Shown here: piece by piece, positions 43,900 through 55,900 of the stretch
Layout: each line of letters opens with the position of its first letter
Position numbering within the stretch: the stretch's first letter is position 1
Virus record (IMG/VR): IMGVR_UViG_3300046787_000129
Location: 1 to 64,000 of that record
Length of the DNA: 64,000 bases
Source: a virus
Strand: one strand, 5' to 3'
Translations under genes and position numbers: made by a program
The notes under the pieces: generated by a model
The model's database searches: none
Told to the model about the DNA's origin: nothing
Seen by the model: only the letters and a program-made list of their open reading frames with translations

Positions 43900-45042
43900 A
43901 TGTCGGAAGAAATTATTAAGAACCAGCCAGGAGAGTCTGGCGAGCTAGGTGGAACCGCACCAGGTCTATATCAAGGCCAGGGTGCATTTGCATCTGGATC
44001 AACCGCTGGCGATAACGTTCCAGGAAACTACGCTACTGGCGGAGCTATTGGAAATATCCCAAACGCAACACTTGGTGCCACCGATGGCCCAAACGCAATT
44101 AATCCATCTGGAGCCGCAGGATCAGGTATCCTACGTCCAGAGCAGGCTCGTCGTTTCATCGATTACGTCTGGGACGCAACCGTCCTAGCTAAGGATGGAC
44201 GCAGAGTTACCATGAGAGCTAACACCATGGAGCTTGAGAAGGTTAACGTTGGAGAGCGTGTTATTCGTGCCGCAGCCCAGGCTGACGGTGCTTACACCAA
44301 CACTGGAGCAACCTTCACCAAGGTTGAGCTTACCACCAAGAAGATTCGTCTTGACTGGGAAGTTTCTGCTGAAGGTCTAGAGGATGGCATCGAGGGCGGA
44401 GCTCTTGAGGACCACCTAGTACGTCTAATGACAAATGCATTCGCAAATGACATCGAAGACCTAGCCATCAACGGAACTGGAACTGGTTCAAACGCTTTCA
44501 CATCAATCATGCAGGGCTTTGTTAACAAGGCAACCACTGGTGATGCACACGAAGCAGTTGCAACTGTTGCAGACAACGCTTGGACCACCGATGTAATGCA
44601 GAGCATTATCTTGGCTATGCCTCGTAAGTACCGTGCACTTAAGAACAACCTTAAGTTCTACGCTGGTACCGATGCATTCCAGGGCATCATCAAGCACAAC
44701 GGTACCCTAGCTGACGCAATTGCTGAGGCATTCGCTGGTACTCCAGCAGGTACCCCTGCTAACCGTCAGGCTTACCTTGACGGCAACGGCCAGACCTTCG
44801 GTGGAGCACGTACTACTCGTGTTCTAGGTATCGATGTTCAGGAAGTTCCTTACTACCCTGCAGGCTATGTAGACCTTACATTCCCTCAGAACCGTGTATG
44901 GGGTTTCCAGCGTGACATCACCGTAAACCGTGAGTACAAGCCAAAGAAGGACACCATTGAGTACACCGTATTCGTACGTTTCGGTGTTCAGTGGGAAGAA
45001 GAGGACGCCATTGCGTTCGCAGATGCTGGTGCAGACTCATAG
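43900..45042 (+). CDS. major capsid protein
   Basis: Start after AGGAGG; GIL.PEQARRFID...LEDGIEG...DIEDLAING. Confidence 0.92.
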   Translation: MSEEIIKNQPGESGELGGTAPGLYQGQGAFASGSTAGDNVPGNYATGGAIGNIPNATLGATDGPNAINPSGAAGSGILRPEQARRFIDYVWDATVLAKDGRRVTMRANTMELEKVNVGERVIRAAAQADGAYTNTGATFTKVELTTKKIRLDWEVSAEGLEDGIEGGALEDHLVRLMTNAFANDIEDLAINGTGTGSNAFTSIMQGFVNKATTGDAHEAVATVADNAWTTDVMQSIILAMPRKYRALKNNLKFYAGTDAFQGIIKHNGTLADAIAEAFAGTPAGTPANRQAYLDGNGQTFGGARTTRVLGIDVQEVPYYPAGYVDLTFPQNRVWGFQRDITVNREYKPKKDTIEYTVFVRFGVQWEEEDAIAFADAGADS

Positions 45043-45062
45043 TCTGTAACGGTTCCTTTTGA

Positions 45063-45098
45063 GAGAGGGTAGGAGTTTCGGCTCCTGCCCTCTTTTCA
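45063..45098 (+). terminator. intrinsic terminator
   Basis: GAGGGTAGGAG-TTTCGG-CTCCTGCCCTC-TTTT. Confidence 0.85.
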
Positions 45099-45134
45099 TG
45101 TTTAATATCTGGTATAATTTATTAGGAGGCCGCT

Positions 45135-45353
45135 ATGTCAAAAAAGATAAACAATGACCAAGCCATTGTAGCAAAATCAAAGTCAGAACAAACAGTTGCG
45201 GTTCACTCATCTAGAAACGTTAGTTGGCAAGGAGTGGGCAGCGTAAGCAAAGGGTACAATATTGTATCCGAATCAGCTGCTGAAAAATGGCTAACCCGTA
45301 GTCACATAAGAATGGCTACCCCAGAAGAAGTTGCAGGAGCATACAGAACCTAA
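45135..45353 (+). CDS. small head-associated protein
   Basis: Position after MCP; R.ATPEEV. Confidence 0.6.
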   Translation: MSKKINNDQAIVAKSKSEQTVAVHSSRNVSWQGVGSVSKGYNIVSESAAEKWLTRSHIRMATPEEVAGAYRT

Positions 45354-46276
45354 TGGAAATCTTAAGAGTCCCACCATACCCAATTGTGACAACCTGGAAT
45401 TTGCCAGATGCAGATTACGATTACATCGTGTACGTAGAAGACCTAATCGATCACTCTATCGAAGAGACCACTATCACGTCAGACGAGAACGGTATTGTGA
45501 CTTATGAGATACCAATCTCAAAGGTAGAGTTTGACCGTGAGTTCTTGATTAGATTCTATGATGCAGAGCACCAGCACATAATCTACGAAGAGGGTCTAAG
45601 CATTATTAGACCATACGTAAACCCATCGTCTCTAGGAGAGACAAAGTCTGAGATTGCTGAATACAAGATGTACGAAGTAATTGCTAGATCGATCATAGAT
45701 ACTTTTATTAATGATGGATTCTACAACCACAAGTCAATCCTACAGGCCCAGGGTAATGGTGCAGACTACATGCCAGTATGGAGAATGGCAAACCGTGTAC
45801 TAAAGGTATACGAGAACAACGTTCTTATCTACGACATTGATGCTGACCCAGCAGACAACCTATACAACTTTTCTATTACCCTAGATAACTCTGCTATCCA
45901 AAAGACGACCAACCTTGAGTACAATAGAATCTCTCAGACACTGCCAGGTCTAAGCCTTCCTATATCTAGAGGCGACACTATGTACTCATTCGAGAGACCA
46001 GATGGCGGAGCCTTTAGAACTGGCTACGACTATCTATTTGTTTTGGACGAGGGCTTCCGAGCACTCCCACCAGACGTTGTACGTGCTACAACAATTCTTA
46101 TAAACGACATCAAGTGTGGCAAGCTAGACTACTTCCAGCGTGGAGTTTCTTCATACGACACAGACCAGTTTAAGCTACAGTTCGACAAGGTAATTTTGAG
46201 CGGTACAGGAAACCTACTTGTAGACAAGATGCTAGAGAAGTACACTAGAGGAATCCTTAAACTAGGAGTCCTATAA
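45353..46276 (+). CDS. head-tail adaptor
   Basis: Synteny; G...LPPDV..A...TGN..VD..L..Y. Confidence 0.65.
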   Translation: MEILRVPPYPIVTTWNLPDADYDYIVYVEDLIDHSIEETTITSDENGIVTYEIPISKVEFDREFLIRFYDAEHQHIIYEEGLSIIRPYVNPSSLGETKSEIAEYKMYEVIARSIIDTFINDGFYNHKSILQAQGNGADYMPVWRMANRVLKVYENNVLIYDIDADPADNLYNFSITLDNSAIQKTTNLEYNRISQTLPGLSLPISRGDTMYSFERPDGGAFRTGYDYLFVLDEGFRALPPDVVRATTILINDIKCGKLDYFQRGVSSYDTDQFKLQFDKVILSGTGNLLVDKMLEKYTRGILKLGVL

Positions 46277-46725
46277 TGGCTTATTGCGAAACTACAGACT
46301 TCATGTATCCGCTACTAGCTGACGTATACTACCCATTAGTAGAGCAGTCAGCATATGGTAGTGTCAAGAAGCAGTGGATTCTAGATAGAACAATTGCTGT
46401 AGCTCTAAATCCAGCAGGCACTAGATCAAAAGCTCAGGTTCAGACCAATGCAAATATAACCCTAGATAACATGCTGATCGGCAGAACCAGAAAAGACATT
46501 CTTGTTTCAACTGAAGAGTCTCCTATTGCTCTAACAAACATAATCTTAACAAACATTAGAGACATTAATGGAGTGCCAATCTACACAGAGTCTTCTGGAA
46601 TAAGAACTGGCAAGTCAACAATATTCGAGATCTCTACCTTTATGCCTATTGTAGGACCCTTTGGATCTACGGAGTATTACAAGATGATCGTTGCTAGATC
46701 AGATAACCAGGCGGCTGACCTTTGA
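46276..46725 (+). CDS. head closure/stopper protein
   Basis: Synteny and size. Confidence 0.55.
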   Translation: MAYCETTDFMYPLLADVYYPLVEQSAYGSVKKQWILDRTIAVALNPAGTRSKAQVQTNANITLDNMLIGRTRKDILVSTEESPIALTNIILTNIRDINGVPIYTESSGIRTGKSTIFEISTFMPIVGPFGSTEYYKMIVARSDNQAADL

Positions 46726-47399
46726 TACTAGAGCTTGATTCAAAACAGTTTATGCGTGACATGAATAATCTCATGCAGTATTCTGTTGGGTTTCTTAATG
46801 GCGTAGAAAAGGGCAAACCTGCTTTTTTGGACAACCTGGGTAGAACAGCTATCGAAGCACTCAAGGAGTTTGTGGACTCAAACGCCAGGGTAGATCCAGA
46901 GATGCTGGCTCACGTGTATGAGTGGTATCAGGTTGGAAGCCCAGAGGCAAGACTATACGATGTAGCCTATACGGTAAATAATACTTTTGGTTTAAGTCTG
47001 CAGTCTACCTTTAGACAGTCTACTACAGTCAAGAATGGATCTAATGAGCCGTTCTACGACAAGGCAAGAATAATGGAAGATGGTATTCCAGTAACTATTC
47101 GTCCAAAGAAGTCTGGAGTCCTAGCTTTTGAGGATAACGGAGAAATGGTTTTTACAAAGTCTCCAGTCAGGATAGAGAATCCTGGAGGGGCTATGGCACA
47201 GGGTGGATACGAAAAGGTATTCAGAATATTCTTTGAGAGATACTTCACCCAGTCATTTATGGTGTCTTCTGGAATCTTTTCTCATCTACAGAATCCTGTA
47301 GACTATAAGAGCAACCTTCAGGCTGGCAAGACTGGCGGCAAATCAACAGGTTTCAGAACGGGATATCAATGGATATCTAGAGGAGGACTATTACAATAA
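46722..47399 (+). CDS. neck/tail completion protein
   Basis: Synteny; E.G...IRPK...LAF. Confidence 0.55.
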   Translation: MILELDSKQFMRDMNNLMQYSVGFLNGVEKGKPAFLDNLGRTAIEALKEFVDSNARVDPEMLAHVYEWYQVGSPEARLYDVAYTVNNTFGLSLQSTFRQSTTVKNGSNEPFYDKARIMEDGIPVTIRPKKSGVLAFEDNGEMVFTKSPVRIENPGGAMAQGGYEKVFRIFFERYFTQSFMVSSGIFSHLQNPVDYKSNLQAGKTGGKSTGFRTGYQWISRGGLLQ

Positions 47400-48007
47400 T
47401 GGCCATATATCACCCACCAAGCTTTATCAATGCATACCTACAGGATAAGGTAGCATATTTTCACGGATTCGGAATGCCGTTTTTCCCTACAATGCCAACA
47501 GACCTACAGGCAGCCACTGATGGATTCTCCTACAGCAAGCTAACTGGTAGCGACGTAGAACAGAAGTATTACTTCAACGGTGCAGCAGCAATCTATGACA
47601 GAATGTTTAAGATGAGAAGAACTGCCTTCCCATACATCAAGTGCGAGCAAGTTCTATACTACATGTACTCTATAAACGAGACTGCAGTATCAACCCTGAT
47701 TGAGGCAACGCAAAGCATTCACGATCTTCTAGACAGAGGGGATGACTCTGCAAAGGACATCAATGCATGGATTCAGTCTCTCTATATTTCTCAGGGCAGA
47801 CGTAAGATAGATGTTCCAGACATTGTTACTGGAGTTACAGAGAATAAGAAGGTTGTAACCCTTAATGGACAAGACATGCTTCTTCCATACTTCCATGACA
47901 TCAAGGTCTATCAGCTACAGGAAACAAGAGACATTATTGACTTTGCTACAGCAAGAACTTATGCTGGGAATAAAATAATTGTCGATTACGACTGGCACAA
48001 ATCATAA
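47399..48007 (+). CDS. tail terminator (putative)
   Basis: Synteny before tail tube. Confidence 0.5.
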   Translation: MAIYHPPSFINAYLQDKVAYFHGFGMPFFPTMPTDLQAATDGFSYSKLTGSDVEQKYYFNGAAAIYDRMFKMRRTAFPYIKCEQVLYYMYSINETAVSTLIEATQSIHDLLDRGDDSAKDINAWIQSLYISQGRRKIDVPDIVTGVTENKKVVTLNGQDMLLPYFHDIKVYQLQETRDIIDFATARTYAGNKIIVDYDWHKS

Positions 48008-48082
48008 ATTCAAAAAGACTGCTATACTTATAACGAGGAAACACCCCCATTTTTTATTATCCTAAGAAAGAGGTGAAAAAAT

Positions 48083-48736
48083 ATGGCATATACACGTGGT
48101 AATGATAAGCAGATTATCGTTGGTGCAGCAGCACTATTCACATATGAGCCAGCAACTGGAGACAGCTTCCTAACCGATGCAGACCTACCAGATCTAGTTG
48201 AAGACGTATCTATCAAGGAGACTCTATCATCAGACGCTGACTTCCGTAACGTTGGTTACACATCAAATGGTCTTGAGATTCAGTTCCAGCCTGACTTCGG
48301 TGAAGTTAAGGTTGACCAGTTGCTTGACGTTGCAAAGCTTTACAAGCAGGGCATGAAGGTTAACCTAAAGACAACCTTCGCAGAGGCAACTCTAGAGAAC
48401 CTATTGTTCTCGCTTGCAGGTAAGAGTGCAGACCTAGATACTCCAGGAACTGGTAAGTATGCAGGCAACGATGTTCTAAACCTATCAGCTGGTGACATTG
48501 GAGAATGTCCAGTTGAGCGTGGTCTCGTAGCAGTTGGTCCAGGTACAGGTGACTGTGCAGCTGGTAACTCTATCGAGCGTATCTACGTTGCATACCGTGC
48601 ACTCTCAATTGAGAGCGTTAACGTATCAGCTAAGCGTGACGCAGCAACCGAGTTCGAAGTTTCGTTCCGCTTGCTTCCAAACGGTAACGCTTCATACGGT
48701 AAGATTGTAGACCGTACAATCTCACTAGTTAGCTAA
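48083..48736 (+). CDS. major tail tube protein
   Basis: IIVGAA...VGYTSNG...VDQLLD...AEATLENL. Confidence 0.85.
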   Translation: MAYTRGNDKQIIVGAAALFTYEPATGDSFLTDADLPDLVEDVSIKETLSSDADFRNVGYTSNGLEIQFQPDFGEVKVDQLLDVAKLYKQGMKVNLKTTFAEATLENLLFSLAGKSADLDTPGTGKYAGNDVLNLSAGDIGECPVERGLVAVGPGTGDCAAGNSIERIYVAYRALSIESVNVSAKRDAATEFEVSFRLLPNGNASYGKIVDRTISLVS

Positions 48737-48758
48737 TAACTAAATAATAACTGAATAG

Positions 48759-48799
48759 AAGCCGCTCACCTAGTTTTTCTAGGTGGGCGGTTTTGTTTT
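48759..48799 (+). terminator. intrinsic terminator
   Basis: GCCGCTCACCTAG/CTAGGTGGGCGGT then T-run. Confidence 0.8.
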
Positions 48800-48815
48800 A
48801 CTGTACAATAGAGTG

Positions 48816-49526
48816 ATGGCTACTCAAATATACAAAAGCGGAACCGTGACCACACTAGATGGTCAGAGGCTATATCTAACGCCATTAAAGATAAAGTACC
48901 TTAGACAGTTCATGACCGCATATGCAGAAGTTGGCAAAGCCGAGGGGCAGATAGAAGTTCTTTCAGCACTAGCAGAATGTGCACTGATATCAATGCAACA
49001 ATATTGCCCAGATATAAGAACCCTAGAAGACCTAGAGGACAGAATTAATCTCCCAACCATATACAAGATCATAAACATAGCAGGAGGAGTAAGTGCTGAT
49101 CCAAATGAGCCAGTAGATACTTCTGAGGCAAATGATGGAAAATCAGACGAAGCAAAGGGTTCATCTTGGGATGAGTTAGATTTAGCAAAGCTAGAAGCCG
49201 AGGTATTTTTGCTGGGCATATGGAAAGACTATGAAGAGCTAGAAACCTCGCTATCTATGCCAGAACTAGTAGCAACACTGGAGTCAAAGAGAGAGATAGA
49301 CTATCAGGAAAAGAAGTTCCTGGCAGCTATTCAGGGTGTAGACTTGGATGAGAGCACTGGCCAGAAAGATGCTAACCCTCAAAGCAAGTGGGAAGAGATG
49401 AAGGCTAGAGTGTTTAGTGGTGGAGCTGCCACTAACTCAAATGACATAGTTTCCCTGCAGGGGCCTAGTGCTCAAAAGGCAGGGTTTGGAATAGGCATGG
49501 GCCTAGACTACGTAAAACTGGGATAA
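48816..49526 (+). CDS. tail assembly chaperone, long (GT-like) form
   Basis: Leaderless start MATQIY; N-half paralogous to next gene. Confidence 0.65.
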   Translation: MATQIYKSGTVTTLDGQRLYLTPLKIKYLRQFMTAYAEVGKAEGQIEVLSALAECALISMQQYCPDIRTLEDLEDRINLPTIYKIINIAGGVSADPNEPVDTSEANDGKSDEAKGSSWDELDLAKLEAEVFLLGIWKDYEELETSLSMPELVATLESKREIDYQEKKFLAAIQGVDLDESTGQKDANPQSKWEEMKARVFSGGAATNSNDIVSLQGPSAQKAGFGIGMGLDYVKLG

Positions 49527-49582
49527 AATAATTAAGACCTGTGTTATAATTGTATAAACCCGTCGAAAAGAAAGAGAACAAA

Positions 49583-49900
49583 ATGACAACAACAATCAAT
49601 GAAGAGAAGCAGATAGAGCTTTCAAACGGAGCCATTCTAACTGTTCGTCCACTAAAACTATCACTACTTAGACTATTTATGAAGAAGTTCGAATCTCTTT
49701 CAGCAGTAGCCGAAGATAATGACAAGTCACTTGATGTACTCCTAGAGTGCGTAAAGATTGCACTAAAGCAGTACAACCCTGAGCTCGCAGAAGCAAAGGA
49801 CTTGGAAGACATTCTAGACCTTCCTACAGTTTACAAGATTGTTGAAGAGGCTTCAGGCATTAAGCTTGGAGATACAGACCTCCTCAACAGTATTGCATAA
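49583..49900 (+). CDS. tail assembly chaperone, short (G-like) form
   Basis: Between tail tube and TMP; PLK...LR.FM...LED..DLPT.YKI. Confidence 0.65.
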   Translation: MTTTINEEKQIELSNGAILTVRPLKLSLLRLFMKKFESLSAVAEDNDKSLDVLLECVKIALKQYNPELAEAKDLEDILDLPTVYKIVEEASGIKLGDTDLLNSIA

Positions 49901-49924
49901 TAATTAAAAAAGAGGTGTTCCTGG

Positions 49925-52900
49925 ATGGCTGATATTCAGTCCAATATTAATGTAAACATTGATACTACAAATGCATTAGCAAGTATCAAGGCTTTACAGT
50001 CACAGATATCAGCCTTCCATACATCTATGGCAAGGGGCGGAGCCCAAGCAACATCTTCGCTTGCCCAGCAACAGCAGAAGCTTCTAGATGGCATTAATGC
50101 AACTGGAAAGTTTTCGGCACAAGTACAAAACATTAAGACTACTACCGAGTCTTTTACCACAGCACTAGAGAAGAACAAGCTCTCTCTAGGACAATACTTT
50201 AAATACTCCGTAGCATCTACCAAGTCATTTGGTAGCATGTTCAAGACAGAGATGAACGTCGTCGAGAAGGTAGCTCGTGAAAGAGTAAAGAGCCTTCAGA
50301 CTCAATACATCAATCTAGGCCGTGATGCAAATGGTGCATTAAAGGCTATATCAATTAGACCGCTTCTTCTTGATCTAGATAACATGCAGACTAAGACTGC
50401 ATTGGCTGCTCAAAAGCAGCAGATCCTCAACCAGTTGCTACACCAGGGATCTACAAATCTTCTAAACTTCGGTAAGAACACTCAGTGGGCTGGTCGTCAG
50501 CTCATGGTTGGTTTTACTATTCCTCTATCTATGGCAGGTACAGCAGCAGCTAAAGCCTACATGGACATGGAAAAGGCTGCTATCAAGATCAAGCGTGTCT
50601 ACGGAGACCTAAATACTAGTGTTAAAGAGACCAACCAGGCTGTAGATGCTATCAAGAGCCTAGCTGCAGAGTATACAAAGTATGGCATTGCAGTAGCTGA
50701 CACCATGGAGATGGCTGCATCTGCAGCTGCTATGGGTAAGACTGGTGCAGACCTTCTTGCACAGGTAAACCAGGCAACTCGCCTAGCCGCTTTGGGTGGG
50801 GTGGAACAAGCTCAGGCCCTAGAGACAACAATCTCTCTAACAAGTGCATTTGGACTATCTACAGAGATGCTTGCATCTAAGATTAACTATCTTAACGCTG
50901 TTGAAAACCAGACCGTAACATCTATCGAAGACCTTACCATTGCCATTCCAAAGGCTGGTCCAGTTGTCAAGCAACTTGGTGGAGACGTAGAGGACCTAGC
51001 ATTCTTCCTAACCGCTATGCGTGAAGGTGGCATTAATGCATCTGAAGGTGCTAACGCACTAAAGTCTGGTCTTGCAGCACTTATCAATCCAACTGGCAAG
51101 GCATCAGAAATGCTTGCTGGATTTGGCATTAATATCAAGGCAATCGTTGAGGGTAACAAGGGTGACCTAAAGAAGACTGTTATTGACTTCGCTACAGCCC
51201 TAAACACCATTGACCCACTAAACCGTGCACGTGCCATTGAGCAAATGTTTGGCAAGTTCCAGTTTGCACGTATCTCTACATTGCTTCAGAACGTAACTGC
51301 CAGCGGTAGCCAAGCATCTAAGGCTCTAGCCCTAGCAAACATGTCTTCAATTCAACTTGCTGCAATGTCACGTAAAGAGTTGGACAGAATTTCTGCATCA
51401 CCAATGTACAAGTTCCAGAAGGCTATTGCAGACCTTCAGGTAAAGATTGCTCCAGTTGGAGAAGCCTTCCTAAAGGCAGTAACTCCAATTATTGGATTTG
51501 TATCTAAGATGCTGGATGGTTTCAATGGAATGAGCGACCAGTTCAAGAACTTCACAGTTATTGGTGTTGCGGTTCTTGGTGGACTTGCTCCAGTACTTCT
51601 AATGGTTGTTGGTCTTGTTGCTAATGGTGCTGCAAACATCCTCAAGTTCCTGACCCAAATAAAGTCATTCTTTAACAAAACTTCTGCAGGACAGAAGGAC
51701 CTAGGTTCAAGCACAAGCTACCTAACTACTGAGCAGATTAAGGCCGAAGCTGTAGCAGCTTCTCTAGACCAGATTCACGGAAAGCTAAAGCAGACATTCA
51801 CTTCTGAAGCAGGAGCAGTTGACTCGCTTACTGGTGCATACCAGAGATACCTAGCCGCTACTGGAAAGTATTCGGCACCAGCAGCAAAGGCTGCCCCAGG
51901 ACTATTTACGCCAGTTGTCAGCAAGGCAAAGGGCTTTGCTACTGGAGGAATGGTTCGAGGCCCAGGCAGCGGTACGTCAGACTCAATCCCTGCAAACCTA
52001 TCTAATGGCGAAGCAGTAATTGATGCAGAAACAGTAGAAAAGAATCCAGCCATCATCGCAGCACTATTTGCTGGTAAGACAATCAGTATTCCTGGATACT
52101 CTAGAAACAACTCTAGAGACATTGCAAGCTCTAGAGATTATGCAAAATTTAGAACATACACCGATGCAACATCTGGATTATCTAGTGGAGCTAACTCGGC
52201 ACTAAACACTGGAACGGCATCACCATCAGATATAGCAAGAGAGTATACTACATCACCTACTAGAATTCAGGGTCCACTAATTGCCGCAGTTGCATCCGAG
52301 CTAACTGGTGCAAACACACAGTCTCAGATAGATCAGGCTATTAAGAATAACCCAGAAATACTTTCATATGCAAAAAGCCTAAGCCTCGGTATCGCTAGTG
52401 AAGTAAGCAAGATAACTGCAAAGACTATGGGGGACCCAGAGTATACTGGTGCAGTAGCTAAGGCAAGGGCAGACATAAAGGCATCTCCAGAGATCGCAGC
52501 CGCATCTGAAAAGTTCTTTACGGAACCAAGCACATATGAAGATGACACAATCGAAAGAAAGCGTTCGAGCGGCAGATATGTCGCCGCTGGCCGTGAAAAG
52601 CTTCGTGCCATGGGGGCAAGATATACCGCACTTTTTAAGAGGGGTATGAGAGTTGCAAAAAACTTAAACGTGGATGAGCCACAGCTAGTAGATCCATCAG
52701 CAGCACACATGACATCTCCAAGAGATATGTCCGTATCTGAAATGGATGAATCTGGAATGATGCTTGGAGAAAATGCCCAAGCAGCCCGTGACCGCAAAGC
52801 AAAGAATGAAAAGCTTGTCTACAAGCAGGGTCAGTCAAAGACAAAGGTAACTGTTCCAGCATCAGCTAGTCAGGCTCAAAAGGATGATGCTCTATCTGCT

Positions 52901-55900
52901 GCTGGAGTAGTCATGGCAGACAAGTCTCTAGAGACTATTGGCTCAGCAGCAAAGTCACGTGCCGCTATCCAGTCTCCATCAAAAGAGATGGCAAAAATTG
53001 GTGAGGATCTTGCTGAAGGTGCTATAGAGGGCATGAAGTCTAAGGCCAAGGAGTCTAAGACCGCTGGGAAAACCATATATGACGCATCAGGCTTAACATC
53101 AGTTAAGGCAGCACTTGCTTCAGGACCAAAGATGCTTGGCCCAGCAGGTGCAGCTCAGGTGGATAGCTATCCGTCTCCAAAGACTCAGTCTGAAAGAGTT
53201 GCCGCCGTCAAGTCTCCTAGAGCTGCTTCACCATTTATGCAAGACGTACGAGCATCAGCTCAAAATGCAATGCCAAGACTACGTGTTGCTAAGCAAGAGT
53301 TCGTAGACGACATGAAGGGTGCCTTTGCCCAACTAAAGAACTTGTTCCGCAATGGCGGAAAGGATATGGTAGATGCTACTAAGTCTGGACTTATCCAGGA
53401 AACTCCTAGACTACGAGTCGCTGGTAAAGAGGCTGGCTTTGACTATGTAACTGCTCTAAAGGGCGGTAACGGTTCAATCGCTGCTGTAGTAACTGCAGGA
53501 AATCAAAAGATCGTATCTGCAGCACTAAAGGAATACTCTGAGGGTGGATTTAGAATTGCAGGAGCAGTTAGCCTTGGACTAGATAAGGGCATTGCTGGCT
53601 CTGTCGCAAAGGGTATTATTGCAGGAGAAAAGCTAGCAGACTCAGTTACCGACGGAGTAATAAAGAGAAGCAGAAAGCAAAAGAACCTTCCTATGGGCTC
53701 ACAAGGCCCACTAGAGGAAGGTGGAACTAGAGGCAATGTATTCCAGCGAGCAAAGGCATCAGCCGCTGAGAAGGCTTCTGCAGCCAAAGCAGGGTATAAC
53801 AAGCTTAATAGCAAGATCAACATATCATCCGATGGCTCTGGAACTTTTGCAAAGGTAGGAGCCGCAGCAACGACTGCTGCATTTGCTCTATCTGGAATGC
53901 CAGGACCTATTGGTGAAACTGTTAGCAAACTTCTTCCTTTTATGGGAATCATGACAGCTGTCTCTGGAATAATGTCAATGTTTAATTTGCAGGTGGTTAA
54001 TGGAGCAATTGCTCTAGGAGCCTTCTCACTTCCAATCATACCTCTGACTGCAGCCATTGCAGGCCTAGCTATAGTCATTGCTGGAGTTATCTGGTGGATG
54101 AATGCTGTTAATGATGCAAAGAAGGAAGAGCTTGCTCAGATAAACAATACTACCACTGCTCAGAAGAACGCTGCTAAGTCAATTGCAGAGCTTGGAAAGC
54201 TTGCTGGAATAACTCCAGGACAAAGTCGTGGGGAAATAGCAAAGACCGCACTTGCCGCAGGTATTGGTACAAAGCAAGCCAGCGATGTAAATATACTTCT
54301 AGAGAGCGAAGAGTTCAAAGATCCAGAGTCAGCCATCAACAAGATGATTAGTGGAATCAAGGGAATGTCTAATGTAGCAGCAAAGGACTTCCTTGCTACA
54401 TATGCAAACCAGTTAAAGGGATTCGGATTTGACGATAAGACTATTGAATCAATTCTAAATGCTATTAAAATTAAGGCTAACAAGACAGACTTGAAGCTCG
54501 ACTTTGCAAGCGTCGATATTAACACAAAGAAGGGGCAGGCCCAGGTATCAGAGGGAATCAAGAATGCCCTTGCTGGTGTTTCAGACCAAGACGCAAAAGA
54601 TGTTGCAGCAAAAAAGTCAGTCGCAGCTAATCCAGTAATTGGTCAGGATGGAAATGGCAATGACATATATCTATCAGACATTAAAAAGAATAGGGCTAAA
54701 AATGCTGCAATAGTTGAGGACCCAACCAAAAAGGGTACAGCTGAATACGATGCAGCCAAAAAGCAACTTGCTGAGCAAGACAAAACAATAGCGGCTCAAA
54801 AAGTCATTGCCGATAACAGCATGAAGGTAATAAACAAAGACACGAAAGTTGCTAAAACTAATGCTGCACTAAAAGAAGGTGCTACAGCAGTTACAACAAC
54901 TATCGATAGTGCACTGTCTCAGTTTAGTGCCAAGACAATGACAAAGGCAAACTTTGATAAAACTATCAAAGCAACTATTGCTGGACTTAAGTCTGGCAAG
55001 GCAGCAGCAGCAACTATGGGTGCAGCACTCAAGGGCCTTGGCCCTGCCGCAACCGCAGGTGGTAGCAAGATCGCTGGACTTACGGCTAAAACTCTTGCAA
55101 ATGGAACAGCCTTTGATACTACTAAGGCACAGGTAGAGCTTTACGCCATTGTAGCTGGAAACCCAGAAATTGGTGACAAGCTATTACAGGATATTGCAAA
55201 GATTGACACCACAGCTGCAGGTGCAGCACAGCAGATACAAAATCTTATAAACGTTGCCAAGGGTGGAAGCATTAGCACATCTGCAGGGGTCACAAATCCA
55301 GAGATCGTCACCGACACTACAGGCGGAGGAGACGGAGGCTCTGATCCAGCACAACTCCTAAAGGATACCAAGGCTGCTGTCCAGTCAAACATCATGAGCA
55401 TCAACCTTATGAAGAAGGGTTACAATGCAGAGTTCATAGCCTCTATTGCTGGTGCCGATGCTGCAACTCAAAAATACTACACAACTATGAAGAATGGCAT
55501 TCCAGTTCTAAATGCCCAGGGTCGTGCACTTCTAGCTGCATATAACACCAAGGCTATCAGCGACTTCCTAATTGCTCAAAAGCAATTGGTTGCTGGAGCA
55601 GCTATGGAGCTTTCTGCGAGAAAGACCCTGTCTGCAGCAGGACTAGATGAAGAAACTGTTAAGGAGATGGCTGCCCGTGCAGACGTCCAGGCAGCTCTAG
55701 CAGCCGCAAAGGCAGCGGTAGGCAAGAATGCACAGGCGAAGGCTATCAAGAGCGTAGTTGACGGTCTAAAGGCAGAGAAGGCAGCAGCAGATAGTCTATC
55801 AACAACAGTAGCACAAGACAAGTTCCAGAAGACGTACGATACTGGAACTAAGTATCTAGACATTCAGTCATCAATCATCAACAACGATTTTGAGAGAAAC

